Positions 33,601 to 48,426 of a DNA stretch of 64,000 nt are shown here, in pieces; positions within the stretch are counted from its first letter, which is position 1; every line of letters begins with the position of its first letter. The DNA is from Schmidtea polychroa (Eukaryota), in contig CM097885.1 in NCBI GenBank assembly GCA_044892525.1, positions 222,828,001 to 222,892,000 of the forward strand, written 5' to 3'. The notes beneath the pieces were generated by a model that worked only from the letters and a program-made list of their open reading frames with translations, had not been told where the DNA came from and searched no databases. Both the position numbers and the translations under genes were made by a program.

Positions 33601-36600
33601 TTCTCCCAATAATATAAACACTTCCTTATTTAATTGAAAATCTTTTCCCCTTATTTGTGAAAATAATCCTTCCCGTTCATAAAACAAATTTTCGGTTACT
33701 ACAACACGAGGGGCATTAACTTATAAATCAAAGTGTTAAAAATATTAAAAAAATAAAAATAATAACTTAAGAGCGCAAAGTTTCTTTCAAATAAATAAAT
33801 TTTATAATTGCAGAAAAATTAAATTCTAATGTTAAATTCATATTCACAGATTTATTTTCAATTTTGACGGACTCCAAAAATATCAGTTGCTTCGGGCTTC
33901 GTAATTACTCCGAAAAACCCTTGTAAAAATAATACTAGAAAAATTAATTATCAAAACAATGCTGATAATTTTACTAATTATATTAGCGAAGATCATATGA
34001 ATTAAGAAAATAATAATTAAACTTTTCGCGGCCTGCTATTTTCCTATTAAATATGCCTATAATACGGACAGTTTTCGAGGTTTTCGGAATCGTACTGTTC
34101 GTGTGTCCACTATGAAATAAGAACTACTACTGCCAGATTCATACATGACAAATAAAATAACAAACAAGTTTAAACTTGCCTATAAACACAAATAAACATA
34201 TCAAACACACAAAACGGAAGCGTCCGGCATTCGTCGCTTAAATATAATGAAATCGGATAAATACGGACTTCGGTGCGAAAAGGTTAAACAAATCATAAAA
34301 AATGAGAGAGGAATATAATACATATTTTAGAACAACATCATAAAAATAGATTTGCTGAAAAATTCACGAAAATTATAAATTGTGAAAGAACAGAAACCAA
34401 TGGGAAAATAAATAACTTGGATAATACTCGGATATGCGCCCCTATCCCAGTTGGTATAAGATATAAAATGGATTATTTTATTTTGTCTGATGATGGCTGA
34501 AGAAGTTGAATGAAGAGATTGTTAAAATGTAAGCTAAGAAAATTGATGCTATTAATTAAACAATTAATTAGAGTATATAAAATGGACAAAATAAGAGGAA
34601 ATTATACATTTAGCCATGGAGACGAAAACGAAGAAAGAGGAAATATGTCAAAGAAACTTAGAAATTATTGAGAAAAATGTAAAGGAAATTTGAAGAGTTT
34701 TTAAATAAATATTGTTATTACTGTGCAGAATGACGAAATTCATGTGGGCAAGTCAACTTCAAAATCATTTCGGTGGTTTCATTTGTTTCAAGAACATTGG
34801 GAGTCAGATATTGTGAAACGAATTTTGTTAAATTAAAACCCAAACGTACATAGTAGAGCAATATAGAGAATAATATTCACAATATTATAATTAATCTCCC
34901 AATCAATCAAATCTGAATGGGTAGGGATTCGTTTGAACATTTATTATTTAAAATTTCCAAACTGTTAAAACAATTAAAACAATATATTTAATAAATTAAT
35001 TTCATTTTTTTCATTGGGATTTTTGAAATTATTATTTATTAGAAAGTGGTTTAATTTTTATTTGGAATTGTAATAAATTTAGAATCCAGTCAAGTTTTAA
35101 TGAACTTACTGAAAATATTTACCTTTGGCAAGATTCTGGCGAATGGTCACCTTGTTCAGTAACTTGTGGAGAAGGCAAACAAACAAAAGAAAAGTTTTGT
35201 GCCATTAAAGTCAATTCAACAGTAATTAAAACTTCAAAACACAGATGTAGTCGTTTAAAAGCATCCTATACCCTTATAAGATTTTGCTATCAAACTGAAT
35301 GCCCAGAAAAGTACAGATGGAAAACTTCATCTTGGAGCCAGTGTTCGCATTCCTGCGGTAATCTTGGATTCAGATTTAGAGATGTTGAGTGTATCCATAA
35401 CATTTCTGAAACTAGTTCAATTAGTGTTGCAGAATTCTTTTGTGCGAAATTCATTAAGCCAATCCAGAGGTCCTTGTGCAATAGAGTCGATTGTCCCCCC
35501 GAATTCGTAACTGGCAAATGGGAAAAGGTTTTTATGATATAACTTTTTGATAAATATTATTTTGTGACTTTCATGGTCAAATTTAATTTACATTTCATTT
35601 TACAAAAAAATATAAATGTGCAAATTGATAAAATGCCATAAAATGCCAAAATTAAAAATTTATGTTTTCCGGAGGAAATGGGTATATGTGCAGATAGCAA
35701 ATGTAAAGACAAACACAAATATAACAAAATAAAATCAATTGGGAGTCTCCCAAAAAATATATTTAATATATACAAATTAATTAAAAATAAATAATCAATT
35801 TATTAGCCATGTAGAAAACCCGAGCTATAAACAAGAGGATAATGAGATTAGAACTCTCTCCAAAATTAATAAAGTTTATTAGTTTGAATTAGCAAAACGA
35901 GATTTTTGAGAAAAGTCATAAAACCGCCTGCTTAATTGTTTTGTTTTGTACAATTTTGTTTGCTGGCTAATTCAATTATTTTATTGCAAAAATCGCAGGA
36001 GGGTAGCCTCTATAAAAAAACGACATTGGACAACAAACATCAGTTTGGTTGAAGAGAAAAATCAGAGGCACATTGAACAAAGAGACCAAATAGTTAAGGG
36101 AGTTTGTAAAATTTGTTAAAAGGAAAAGTTGTATTTAGATTCTAAAAAATAGGCGGTCTCCGTTTAGGTCACCTACCTTTTTGAATTTTTATAGAAAAGT
36201 GCAGTTCAAATAACTTAACATGAACATAAAGTAAAATAACTTATAATGGATTAAAATGCTAAAGATTTACGGATGCACTTGTAAACAGTTTCTGTGTATG
36301 ACAGTGTCTCCAGAGGTGAATATGATTTTTCATACGCCATGTTTACAAGTTTGCAGATATTGTTTTCTGTGATTTAGCGAATTTGCAAGTGATGTGATTT
36401 CCAGTGTAGAAGGTGATGTATGCAATTGAGTTGAATCAGCAATATTGTATACTTACCTGGCGCGAAGAAAAATCTTCGCGTCTCCTGCATAGTACTGGAG
36501 AGAGCCAAAAGCTCGAAACTAGTCTACTATTGGGATTTGCACTGGGTATTACAAAGCTTGTAATGTTTATCTTAAAATAACTTAATTTAAATTCCAAAAT

Positions 36601-39600
36601 CACTTCAAATGACCACTTCAAGTCTAATTATTTTTAATAAGATAATTATTATTGTTTGTTTAAAACAACCAATGGATTTAAAAAATGTAAAAACCCCAGT
36701 CATATTTTTCATTTAACTTTTAAAATTTAATTACATAAGAAAAAGCTTTAAAACATTATTTAATAGTGTGTCAAAGGTCCAGGATGCCAACCAGGAAATC
36801 AAAAAAGAAAGTTGAATTGTTCTCAGATATTACAATCAGGGGAAATAAAACCAATGCCGTTGTATCTATGTTACAGTAAACAAAAGCCACCGCCGGCTCA
36901 ATGGAGAAAATGTTATGATTTTATCAATATTCCCAAATGCTTGAAAGGTATTCCTCCAAGAAAAGTCGAATTTAGTATGGCAAATAATAATTTCTATCAA
37001 ATGAGACGAGCTAACATAGTGCAGTTACAAATTGGGCAAATTGCATATTTGTTACCTTATAGTAGAATAAGTATCAGTTGCCCCGTCGAAAATTTTCCAC
37101 AGCATAATATAATATGGACTCATAAGAATATTACATATAAATATAACGGCCGAGTTACTCAACGGATAAGAGTTGACAGAATAGGTCAAATACGAATTCG
37201 AAAGTTGCTTTTTCAAGACCAAGGAGAATGGAATTGCATTGCTGATAGATCTCAAAAATCTGCTATAATTAAAATACGAAATCCTTCTTCTGGGTTTCGA
37301 GATTGGGCGGTAAGAAATAATCTCTGGAAAACCGGTATGTTATCAGAAGATTCCAAAAAATCCATCAATCGACAAGAACTTGTTCAATGGATAACATCTG
37401 AGTGGAGTGTTTGCTCTGTTACTTGTTCTGGTGACGGATTACAATACAGAGAAGTGCACTGCGAAAAGGTTGAGCTAAGATTTTATCTCGTATTGGATGA
37501 TACAAATTGTGAAAAAGTCACTCCGGCGCCGAATAAAATGAGAAACTGTTATACTGCCACTGAATGCCCTCTTTGGAAAATTGAAAGGATAGACAAATCT
37601 AAGGTAATTTATCTATTTTTAGTAAAAGTTAGCTTTATAGAATTATTAAAAATTATGTAAGTATTCAACTTTTAAAGCATGAGCTGGTAGCCTCGCAAAT
37701 ATGATTATTTTTTATAAAATTTACAATTAGTATATATTGTTTAAAATCATCAATTTTTATCATTAAAATGTATTTAAATAAACAATAAACAGAATTAAAT
37801 ATTACTTGGAGTAAAAATAAAGAATTCTTTAAAGTTAACGATTTCAAACCATTACATTATATTCCAAACTCGTAATCAGAGGCGTAACTTGGGTTGGTGT
37901 GACCCAGTGCGGCAAACTGATGGTGTCATCCAATCAATCCTCCAGAGTTCAGATTTCCACCATGGAGTCATGGACCTCTTTCAAATATTCATGTACTAGA
38001 CCATACATAATCGTTGTTAGTAATGTTTGTTAAATAAATCAAAAAGTTAATATGAACATAAGAATAAAACAAATTGAACAATATTTACTGTAAAACCATG
38101 ATGCTTTAAGCATCTAAGAACTCTAACAAAGTTAAATTATTGTTATTTTAACATTCAGCTTCATTTAAAACTTTCCTTTCCTGGTCTTCAAAGCTGCAAA
38201 CCTGTCAATAACTCAAACAAAACCAATATCTTTAATAACATCCCTTTCAATTAATAATAGAGAAAGTATAAAATAAAAGTATAAAATTTTATAAGAATAA
38301 TTATTTTCATAAAAAGAGTATGTAAACAACGTCTTCAATTTTCTGAAACCACGTAACGTGGGGTTTGCAAATAATACCAGGTTTTGTTCCGAGAAGCTCT
38401 GAATCTTGTATTCATATAAGTCCCCGGCGCTGTGCATGGTGGCACCTTGTGCCTTCTCATGTATTTAACTATGATCAGTTATGGAACCCAATTAGATAGA
38501 GTTTTGTTTGCTCTGTCAAATTTGTAATTTTCCACTTTAATGTCATCCTTCTGTAATTGTCAGTCATTGTGACCCACACCTTACTCCCCTACTAGTAATG
38601 CCACTGCTCATTATGTTATAAACAAGATATATGTCCTAAATAAAAATATCCATTCTTTTCTTTGGAATTATAAGAACTTTTTTTAAATTTCACCACTGAT
38701 TTCTTTTCCATTGACATTGTATTTATTAAAGAGCTTGGCTTAGAATCAATAAATATATCGATGTTTTTTTTATATATTTACTGATTCATAGTCAAGCTTT
38801 TTTTGAGTTTTATCATTAAAATTTTATTTATTTTCTTTTCGACTATAAATTAAATTTTTCCTATTTATCAAAAATCTTTGGAACTTCTTTAATTTTGTGT
38901 TCTTGTAATTTATTTAATCAGTTTTTCGTTAATAGTGACTTTTATTTTTATTTTTTCTTATTTTTGAACAGTTGAAATGACAAATCTTTATTCAAAATTT
39001 ATTTATGTAAATTTCTGATACCCAAATCGAGAGAACTTTTGAATAAATGACAAATACTTTTCGAATGAAAAAGTCGACTCAATTTGTCTATTAATTAACA
39101 TTCATTGACACAAACTTTCCAAGGTTGGACCAAGACACTTTTAAAAAAATGTTCCGATACTTGTTTGGAACATCTCCATATATAATATTATAGAAAAAAG
39201 TTAAAATAAAAAACAATTTATTTGTATATATAATTTGTATATAAACAAGTACCAATGTTTATTTACTGCTACTAGAAATTAGTTAATTAATTTTTAATTA
39301 ATTTTTACAAGAGTTTATTTTTGAATTTCTATTAGCTTTTAAAATAAATATTATGAATGTTCCAACCACCATTTACAGCAGTGGTGGCCAACCCAAATCA
39401 ATCGAAGGGCCAAATTTTCCGAAAAATACTATCACGGGCCACAATAAATTCATTTAAATAAATATAACTCGTTTTTACGATTCAAGTAAACTTAGAATCA
39501 ATTTTTTAAATTAAAAACATGCTTAATTCGAATATAAATTCTAAAAAAGACAATTATTGATTTGATGTTTAAAATTGTGTACGGGCCACATCAAAACGCT

Positions 39601-42600
39601 TCGCGGGCCACCGGTTGGCCATGGCTGATTTACAGTATCGGATTAATAATTAATCTAGCCAATAAAAATGATTTGCGAACCGCCAATAACTTTTATATAA
39701 CTTTATGAATAAGTGAAAACAAATAAAATACGGAAAATGTCTTTATAAAAATAAATTCCCAAATACCTTTAGTGCACTAATGAATGTGTCGACATCGGAC
39801 TCAGCAGCTTTTCAGTGGAATTAAAATGTATTTATATGAATCAAGATGTTCCTTTGCATTTATGTGCACAGAAAAAAAAACCTGAAATAACTTGTCAAAA
39901 TGATGCTTGTCAATTGGATTGGCGTTTGAATTCTTGGTCTAAGGTTAGTTATTGAAAATAATTTTAAATTCACAAATCTCTGTAAAGTGTTCAAAAAGCT
40001 GTGAGGGAGTTGGTTTTCAAGCACGGTCAATTGCATGTGTATGGAAAACGACAAGAAAGTCGGCTGGTTCATTATGCTATGAAAACAAATTTCCTCTTCC
40101 AAAAGTTATTAGGAAATGTGAAACTAAACCGTGTAACATGAGTGAGTTTTGATAATATTATATAAGTTTTTATACACATAAGAAAAAGCTTTAAAAATAA
40201 CCAATAAAAATTTATTAGATTTAAAAATTAAACAATATTAACAGCCCATAAATATCATAAAGATCAAATATTTTGAATGTTAGTTTTTCTACAGTACTCA
40301 ATTTATGAAATTGTAAAATAATAAATTTTATATAAAAACTTTTATAACAAGTGGGGAAAGAATCACAATCTTACAATTAACATTCAATCAGCAATGAATT
40401 TATTGTGATTATCTACTTAACTCATTAAATCATAACTATTATGTCATCATTGTTTCCATTGACTCAAATTATGATGATCAGGATTCTTCATAAATTGCTT
40501 GAAAGTTATGAATTATCAAATTTGAGATTTGTTTGAAACATATGTTAAATATTGTGTAATTTTAAAAACGAATTTTCTAAAATTTTATTAATTTTAAAAG
40601 TTGCAAGTTTTGAAGAAACTTTACTTTTGTTGAATATATTACCTTTATATAGGTATTTTTGAAAATTTTTCTTTCTAAATTTTTTTTTACAGATTTATAA
40701 AACCAATTCTAAAGACCAACATGTCACAAAATTCACCAAATATAACCACTAATTTTAGAATTCCAGGTGCTATAAGGGGTGCCGAAAGTCTCAGTATGCA
40801 GACAATTTCACACCAAAGTGATTTTTCATGTCCAGAGAGGAAATTATAAACCTATTTTTACGCTATATCAATATAAGAATTAATTAGCAAAAAGGTCACA
40901 GATAACATTATAAACTAAAATCACGTTCGAGATCTATGATTCCTCGAGTTTCTGAAGGAATTCTCGATAAAACTTTAATAGAGGTTAAAGACATTGTTTT
41001 TGATTTATATGCTTGTTCGGTCAACTAAGTTTCACTCCAGTTATACTAATTTTACTTTTTAAATACAACTAATGATTTTAATTTAGTAAAATCAAATCAA
41101 AACAAAAAAGAATTTATTGAAATATACATAATACAAGTAATAATTTCCACAGAGACTCAACAAATTAAATCTTTTTCAATTATTATTTCAAACTCTATTT
41201 GTTTGCATCAATATTACCCCTTCGAGTTACAATTGATACAAATAATGTAAATATTTATATATTTTAAAATTGTTTTCGTCCTCTTATCCTCCGATATTCC
41301 AATTAATAAATATATTAAATTAAGTAAATTAAATCACGTGGTTTAAATATTCATTATTTTTTCGTACATCGCCACCTTTTATTTCAAATGTATATAAAAC
41401 CATGGAATTTTATCAAATTGACGAAAATCTGTTTCCTCCGAAGACACGTCATTTCTAAAACCCAATATTACAATATTCGAAGCATCAGCTAGTTATACAG
41501 ATCACTATCTCACATCTATCTTGAATTCATTATTTTATCAACCCCAATATTCCTATTCTTGATATACTCATCCGTCATCAATATTCGAAGTTCTATTAAT
41601 GAAAATTTCATATCACATTACAAATCCGCAAAAGAACGTCAGATCACCGTTGATTGGAGCTATACAAAATATAATTGGATCAATAATAACTCATTAATCT
41701 TGAATGACAAATCAATTGTTTACGGTAAATTAACTTCGTCGGATCCTGAATTTTCTTATGAATATATTTTAAATATCGGTCTTATGTTCCTACAGTATGC
41801 AACATAAATTAATACAAAATGGACAGCAGAGAGTATTAAAGTTTTCTATTTGACTATTGTAGTAGTCTGAGTTACTTTATTTACATCTTTTTTAATTTAT
41901 GTTAATTGTCGATAATAATTTGTTGTTAATTGCTAATATTAAGATCATTTTGATTGTTTTTATTTAATTATTTTATTTATTTTTCTGTAATAATTAAAAT
42001 ATAAAAAAATATTAAAGTTTGCTTTTTTGAATGTGTCACTTATTTTCATTATAACTGTAGATCAAATTTGCATAACATAGAAGAAAAAATATAGTCGTAA
42101 TGAAAATAAATGAAATGTTATAAGAAAATAGATGAATAAAAACTAAAGGATTTTACTGAATTTGTTTCAAAGCATCAAATAATAAAAAATCAGTTTCAAA
42201 AAAAAAAATTTCTATGTTTTAAATTGTACTGAAAAAATGTTCCACAACTTTGGAAATCTGGCATTTAAGGATATATCCTATCAAAAATGAAAGTACTTTC
42301 ATAAAACAAAAAATGTGACCATATTCTAGATTATTACGGTGATTAGAGAGCTAGCGGGGTTATTTGTTTTCCCTTAATTAAAAGTAGGAGTAGTGAAGAA
42401 TTCAATGCAGAACTGAGTGCTGGTGGTGAATTCCCATCAAAAGCAACAATTTACCAATTTTGGATGATGAGGGTAAGCCCATCACCACATTTAACCTCAA
42501 CAAGTACTACAAGTACTAAAATGTACCGGGTCAACATACATGCCGAAGAAAAACAATAGATCAACATGAAAGGTCAACAATATCAATACAACCCAAAAGT

Positions 42601-44857
42601 CCAATTCAATACAATCCAAAAAAACAATCAGTTGGATATATCTAACTGACAATCATTATCCCTTGTGATTTTATTAACTATATATCTAATTGACAATGTA
42701 TATATTTTTATTATGACAATCATCTAATTTATTGACAATCCCTATTTTAATTATTGTACTCTTTATTGATATTTTATTTTTGTTGTACAGTTATTTATTA
42801 GTTTAATATATCTTATACACAATTAATATTTATTTTTACAAAAGGGATTAAATAAAATTATAAAATATTAATTATAAAATTATTATAAAATACAAAGAAT
42901 TATTATAAAATATTAATTATTATATTAATTAAAAATATTAATATTTAGAAATATAACATTCCGTGCGTACAAGCCGGAAAGGAATATATAAAACATTTGT
43001 TTTAGGATTTAGAAAAAAATCAAATTAATAATTTAATAAATAAAGTAATAACAAAACAGATGGTAAAAATATTATAATAAAATATTAATATTATAAATAT
43101 TATTCCGTGCGTATAAGCCGGAAATTAAAATATTTTTATTTATTAAATATGGGAATAGTATAAATACCCAAACAAAAATCATAAAAATTCGCCAAAAATT
43201 AGCACTTTGACAGTTTCAAAGGGAATTCCTGCGAAACATTTAAAACCAGAGACAGCACAAAAACGTCTCACACGTTCTTTCAATTAAGCAGTAATTTTAT
43301 ACATATACATTCACCACACAACATTAAAACAAAACACATTTATCGCAATTATCTTTAATACTTCAACGGAAATTGGACAAAGGAAAAAATCATTGTAGAA
43401 TACAATTGTATATCGAAATTTATATCATCTATCTTATGTAAATTTTATTCTTAATAAATATTTATATACAGACTTGTTTTGATTTACACATATATAAGAA
43501 CCAGACAAGTTGAGTGTTTTCGAAAATCGAGACCTCAACACCAATGATACAATTACTTCCAGAGTGATAGAACTTCAGTTTATGATGAGGAAAAGCCAGG
43601 AAGGCCTTGTTAAATTAAAGAAAAAATAGTGGAAGACCTGAGAAAATTTGCTCAAACTGAGAGGAAAATTGCAACCAGAGACTTAAAAATGTGCTTGAAT
43701 ATGAGTAAAGCTACAATTTATACATTGCTCAGTAAAAGTAGCATTAAAATGTTATGCTCTCGCTCCGTAACTGCTGAAATGCAAAATCGACGTTTGCAGT
43801 GATGCGAAGAGAACCTTCAGATTTTAAATGTTGGAAATATTTTTTGAATAATAATATTACCATGAATAGATACCACTTTCATACTATATTGAATATAGTA
43901 TATTCTACGATCTAAACTGGAATCTGAAGAGTGGAAACTGCCTGAAGAGGTCAGTTATAAAAAGACGAGGTCATCAACAAGTCACCAAAAGCCACTCGTA
44001 TTGACTGTTTTCTAAGGTGCCAATGACATTATTCTAGTTGATTTTGTAGAATGTGGTATTCGAAATTACAGATCCTACTACTCCAAATTTGGGTAAGAAA
44101 TAAGGAAGTTATGAAGTAAAACCAAGTTGTGTGGGCTCTATTACTTATTAGAGTACTTATCATTTTTTTTCAAACCTCCCAAATAGATTGCCAAAATCCG
44201 AAAGATAAACAGTACATTATTATAAAAAATGATATGAGTATATAAAATGGTGTTCATTATACACCAATACCTCGGTTTGCGTTGACTTGGTGTGTGTTGC
44301 TTCCGTGTTTGCTTAGCACATTTATTTTGATATTCAATTTTCAGTTTACGTTTAAATTATTTCACACTGTGTCGCGTTTTATTTTGTAATTTTGCATTAT
44401 TCCCCTTCTTTTGTTTACCATCGTTTATCCGGCTGTTTGGATAATTGCTCTCTGAATTCCCCGTTTGTTTATCCTTCCAAATTGCCACGCTCGGGTTTTC
44501 TTCATCGCTCGGGTTTTTCATTGGCTCGGGCTTCCCATTAGCCAATTAATTAATTAATTAATAATTTGTGTTTTTCATATTTGCCTGTTTTACGACCCTT
44601 TCTAAACATTTTCTAATAATTTCTTGCTCATTGTCTTCTTCACCATCCCTTAATCTACCCCTCTCCCGTTTTCCAGCTTCAATTTCGATAACATTTTACT
44701 CTATTCCACTTCCTCAGGTTTGCGCATTTTTCCATTTCGTGTATGATTGTACCCTTTTATAGTTCTGTTTTTATCATCTCTTTCTTTGCTATTACTTTTC
44801 TGCTTGACCGCCATTCAATTTCGGTTTTTCTTTTATTCGGAACTATATAATTTAATA

Positions 44858-44903
<46 letters not shown>

Positions 44904-46475
44904 CATCCAACAATACATATAAAATTGCTTACCGTCACTAGTTAAATAGAGTCACAAATAAAACAATTGAACAATTAAAAACGTTACAGTGAAATTACGA
45001 GAATTTTTGGTCGTATTAATTTATTGCTTAAATACCGATAACCGGTATTGTTTTTACTATTTCTTACACGCCGTCCTTAAATGCTACCCATTCTGTGATC
45101 TATTTGAACTGTTTCATCGATGTAATTGTTAATAGTTGACTGTAAAAAATAGCAGCGGGAAAAGATATCCGGTCCCTGTGTTATGTAAAATAATGTTAAG
45201 GAAAATATTTTCATTTAAGAGAACATATAGGTTGTTAGAAGCTATAACATTTAATTCTTCGGTCATCAAAATAAATTACTAAGACTATTAAATCCAAAAT
45301 TATATTTCATTAAATCTGATTATATAAACAAATATTCTTGGGACATTTTCTAAATTTTAATTTCAACCAAATATCAACATACCATCGCATTCATACTTGA
45401 ATTTCAATTTTATTAAAAATTATTTTATTTTAAAATTTCAATTATCATTTCAATTTTAATATCTTAAAATAATTTAAGTTTCAATTAAAACTTTACAAAT
45501 TTTAATCATGAACTAATTTAATTTAGTATTTTAATTTTAACTCCTCACATAGGTGAAGTAAATTCTATGTTAAAACAAGTAAAACTTCAAAAAAAGTAGA
45601 AAATTTATTAATACATCAAAAAATGAATCATTTCTCATTTAAACAGATTGCAAGATTGTCTTTTCAATTTTAAATTTTTAGATATTTCTGTAATTTCTGT
45701 TTGATTTTGGTTAAATCTGTAAAATATTTTATTATTTAGTTTCTACAAAATTTCAATATTATTAACATTTGATTGCTCATGAACAATATCACTGACTATT
45801 TCGACAATAGCACAAAGTGATGATTTCTTGGTAGGAGCATATATTAAATTTTAAACAATTAAATGATAATTTAAACCTATTGCTTCGAATAATATATTTG
45901 ATACAAATGAATATATTTTCGACTGTAAGATAGACCTTGTCAGTGATATTGAATGCCCTCGTGAGAACCTAAAGAATCAACAATGTAAATATAATATTCT
46001 TTTGCTACCTTTGATCTGTTTTTATATAATATTTAATAATAACAAAAATTTCACTACATTATTGGAGCGATATATTGGTAACGTGAACTCTTACAATACT
46101 ATGTATTATACCATTCCATCCCGAATCACAGCCGACAGAAATCTCCCAAATTGTTTTTGTCATTTATGATAATCTAACGGGTCATTTTCAGACAAATCAG
46201 GCTTATAAGGCCCATTGGGTCAAAAATCAGAATGTTGTTTTTTTATGCACGTTTATTATTAAAAGAAGTGAACAAAAATAAATTTGCTATAGATAAAAAT
46301 AATTAAATATTTATTTATTATAAAATTTACAGAATGTATCGATCTATCCACGAAATGTTCCAGTGAACCAAAAAGATGTCATCAGAATCTTTACAAATAT
46401 TTATGTTGTTATACATGTCAGACTTATTATCAAAAACTTTATGACGAAAAGAACTTTTCGAAGACTCTTATTTAA
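30671..46475 (+). CDS. ADAMTSL: ADAMTS-like (ADAMTSL1/3, punctin/MADD-4-like) secreted protein, 3' exons: 30671-30720, 35083-35527, 36767-37603, 39773-39943, 39988-40141, 46333-46475
   Basis: All exons have GT-AG ends with compatible phases. TSP1 repeats (WSPCSVTCGEG, WSQCSHSCG, WSVCSVTCSGDG, WSK/CSKSCEG). Ig domain (ISCPV...IIW...DQGEWNCIA). Terminal PLAC domain (CIDLSTKC...CCYTC). 5' exons were not identified. Confidence 0.85.
34021..34283. mobile_element. Possible piggyBac-like MITE
   Basis: TTAA flanks and a short TIR (a/c)CTTTTCGC with one mismatch. Confidence 0.45.
36449..36565 (+). ncRNA. Candidate U1-like structured RNA (alternatively an antisense exon or Helitron end)
   Basis: Starts with ATACTTACCTGGCG, followed by several hairpins and an AUUUG segment. 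The body does not match canonical U1. Confidence 0.25.
37877..38606. mobile_element. hAT-type non-autonomous element
   Basis: Ends CAGAGGCGTAACTTGG / CTAGTAATGCCACTG. Degenerate 8-bp TSD ctcgtaat/ctcattat. Confidence 0.65.
39379..39627. mobile_element. hAT MITE (249 bp)
   Basis: TIR CAG...TGGCCAACC and a perfect 8-bp TSD ATTTACAG. Confidence 0.9.
43450..44140 (+). mobile_element. Decayed mariner transposase fragment
   Basis: Fragments DEEKPGRP, VEDLRK...RKIATR, ENL...FLN.IIT, ESEEWK and ILVDFVECG in shifting frames. Confidence 0.6.
44861..44900. repeat. (AT)n microsatellite
   Basis: Perfect AT run. Confidence 0.95.
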
Positions 46476-46649
46476 TTTTCTTTCACTTAATGTAACTTGC
46501 TTTTGTCATTTCAGAAAATATAAATAATTTCATTAAAAATTTGTTTATATATTCATATAGAGTCTAGGACGATATCCCACAGAACAATATCCGTTTTGAA
46601 CAATACCTCCCGGTCAATTATTATCTAGGACAAACCCCTAAGAAATAAA

Positions 46650-47045
46650 ATTTCAAAATAGAAACTAATTGAAGGTGTAATAAATTTGGGAGTAACGCAA
46701 GCAGATCTTGCAAGGAAGTATAATGTATATCCGTCTATAATTTCCGCCATAAAATCTAATCGGGAATATTACAAAATAGATCATTTAAAACGAAAATAAA
46801 CTTAAAGGAACTCCATTTGAAACTAGATTTGTTTGAGCTTTTGGAATGGTTTAGATTTCAAAAAACCAAAGCTTGATTTAACAGATTTTCAATGTAATTC
46901 CAGTTGAATTCAATCGCCATGATGTTAAATTTGGTGCTATTTCTGGTGAGTCTAATTTGGTTGATAAAGTTATTGTTGATCAATGGTCAAATTAAACATG
47001 GTCGCAGATACGAGAAGGGTATGAAGTCAAAGATATTTTGTCTTT
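46650..47045 (+). mobile_element. Decayed Tigger/TIGD-like transposase fragment
   Basis: GVTQADLARKYNV.PSIISAIK (CENP-B HTH) and FNRHDVKFGAISGES...IREGYEVKDIF. Confidence 0.7.
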
Positions 47046-48426
47046 GATTACATGTATATTAAAAATAAAAAATCAACCAAAAAATATGGCTTTGGAAACT
47101 TTCTCTAAATTTCACTCAAAACTAAAATTTCAATATGCGCTCTCAATGCCATGTAATATTTGTTATTTGTTATTAATCAATTTTTTTTGCTTGACCAAAC
47201 GAAACCCTAAATTATGGGATCATCGTAATGTGATAATGATAATTATATCAATTATCATTATATATTTTAAATTTAAACGTTCGATTTAGTTTTTTTTATT
47301 CTTTTTATTATTCGTTTCCAGTTTAAATTTAAATTTGTATTGAGTAATTTTAATAGATATTGATGAACTGAGGGTTACACTGGTCAAGGGCAAAGTGGGC
47401 TACATGTCCTCTTACCCAATGGATTAGGTGATATTTCAGTCAGCTGGATTCAGGGCAGTGCTTATCAGGGCCTATTGGGTCAATTGCTGACACAATCTTT
47501 GTTGATCTAGCGAAGTATAATTAGATAGAGTCATTCCTTTTAAATTAGTGATAGGCGTGAGTTTTATTTTTGAATCATAATATAGAAAAATCAAATCTAA
47601 AAATGTGAAAGACTAGAATGGAGATAGAATCTAGAGATTTTGTATAATTGAATGACTCGCAGTAGTTGCAGAGGGTTATAAAAGCAGACATAGAGATTTC
47701 ACAAATCAACACAGAAAATATAGGACAAAATTTATGAACTGGGAAATAAGAGCGGATCCTTGCTCAAAATTATCGAAAGTAATATTGAATAACATCCAGT
47801 AATGAGGACCATAGTTAAATGAATAAGGAAGGACAGTAATCTACGAAAAAATAGATAATGAACAGTGACGTAAGACCTTCTATCGGCATTGCAGAACCCG
47901 AAAATGAAAATGCAATGAGTTGTTCTAGTAATAGAACTCACCTGCTCATTGCTTTTTAGCCACTGTGTACAACACTAACATCGTTGCTGCCATGAGTATG
48001 CAGATGGTATAGTAAAATAATCATGAAAGCGTTTAAGAAAGAGTTGATTCAAAATCCATAAGTAACGCTAGAACATTTAAATAACACACTTCGTAAGTAC
48101 CAATAATATTGTAATTTTGATATCCTAAAAATATAGTCCCCGGGGAAAATGATTTAAATAATTATGATTGCTGGTTTGCATGGAATATATTCAGTTCAAA
48201 GAAATGACTATTTAGGAGTTGAACAAATTAATCCAGTAAGTAGAACTAGTTTCAAACTTAACTTTATTCAATAACCATTATACTGACTCGTATGGAACTC
48301 GTATGATAATAACAAAGCGATAAACAATATTAATGATAATTAAAGCCTTTTGCTGCAAAGTATATATTTAAAAAATGACTATATTTATAGTTGAAAATTC
48401 TTTCATTTTATTAGTTATCAAAGATA

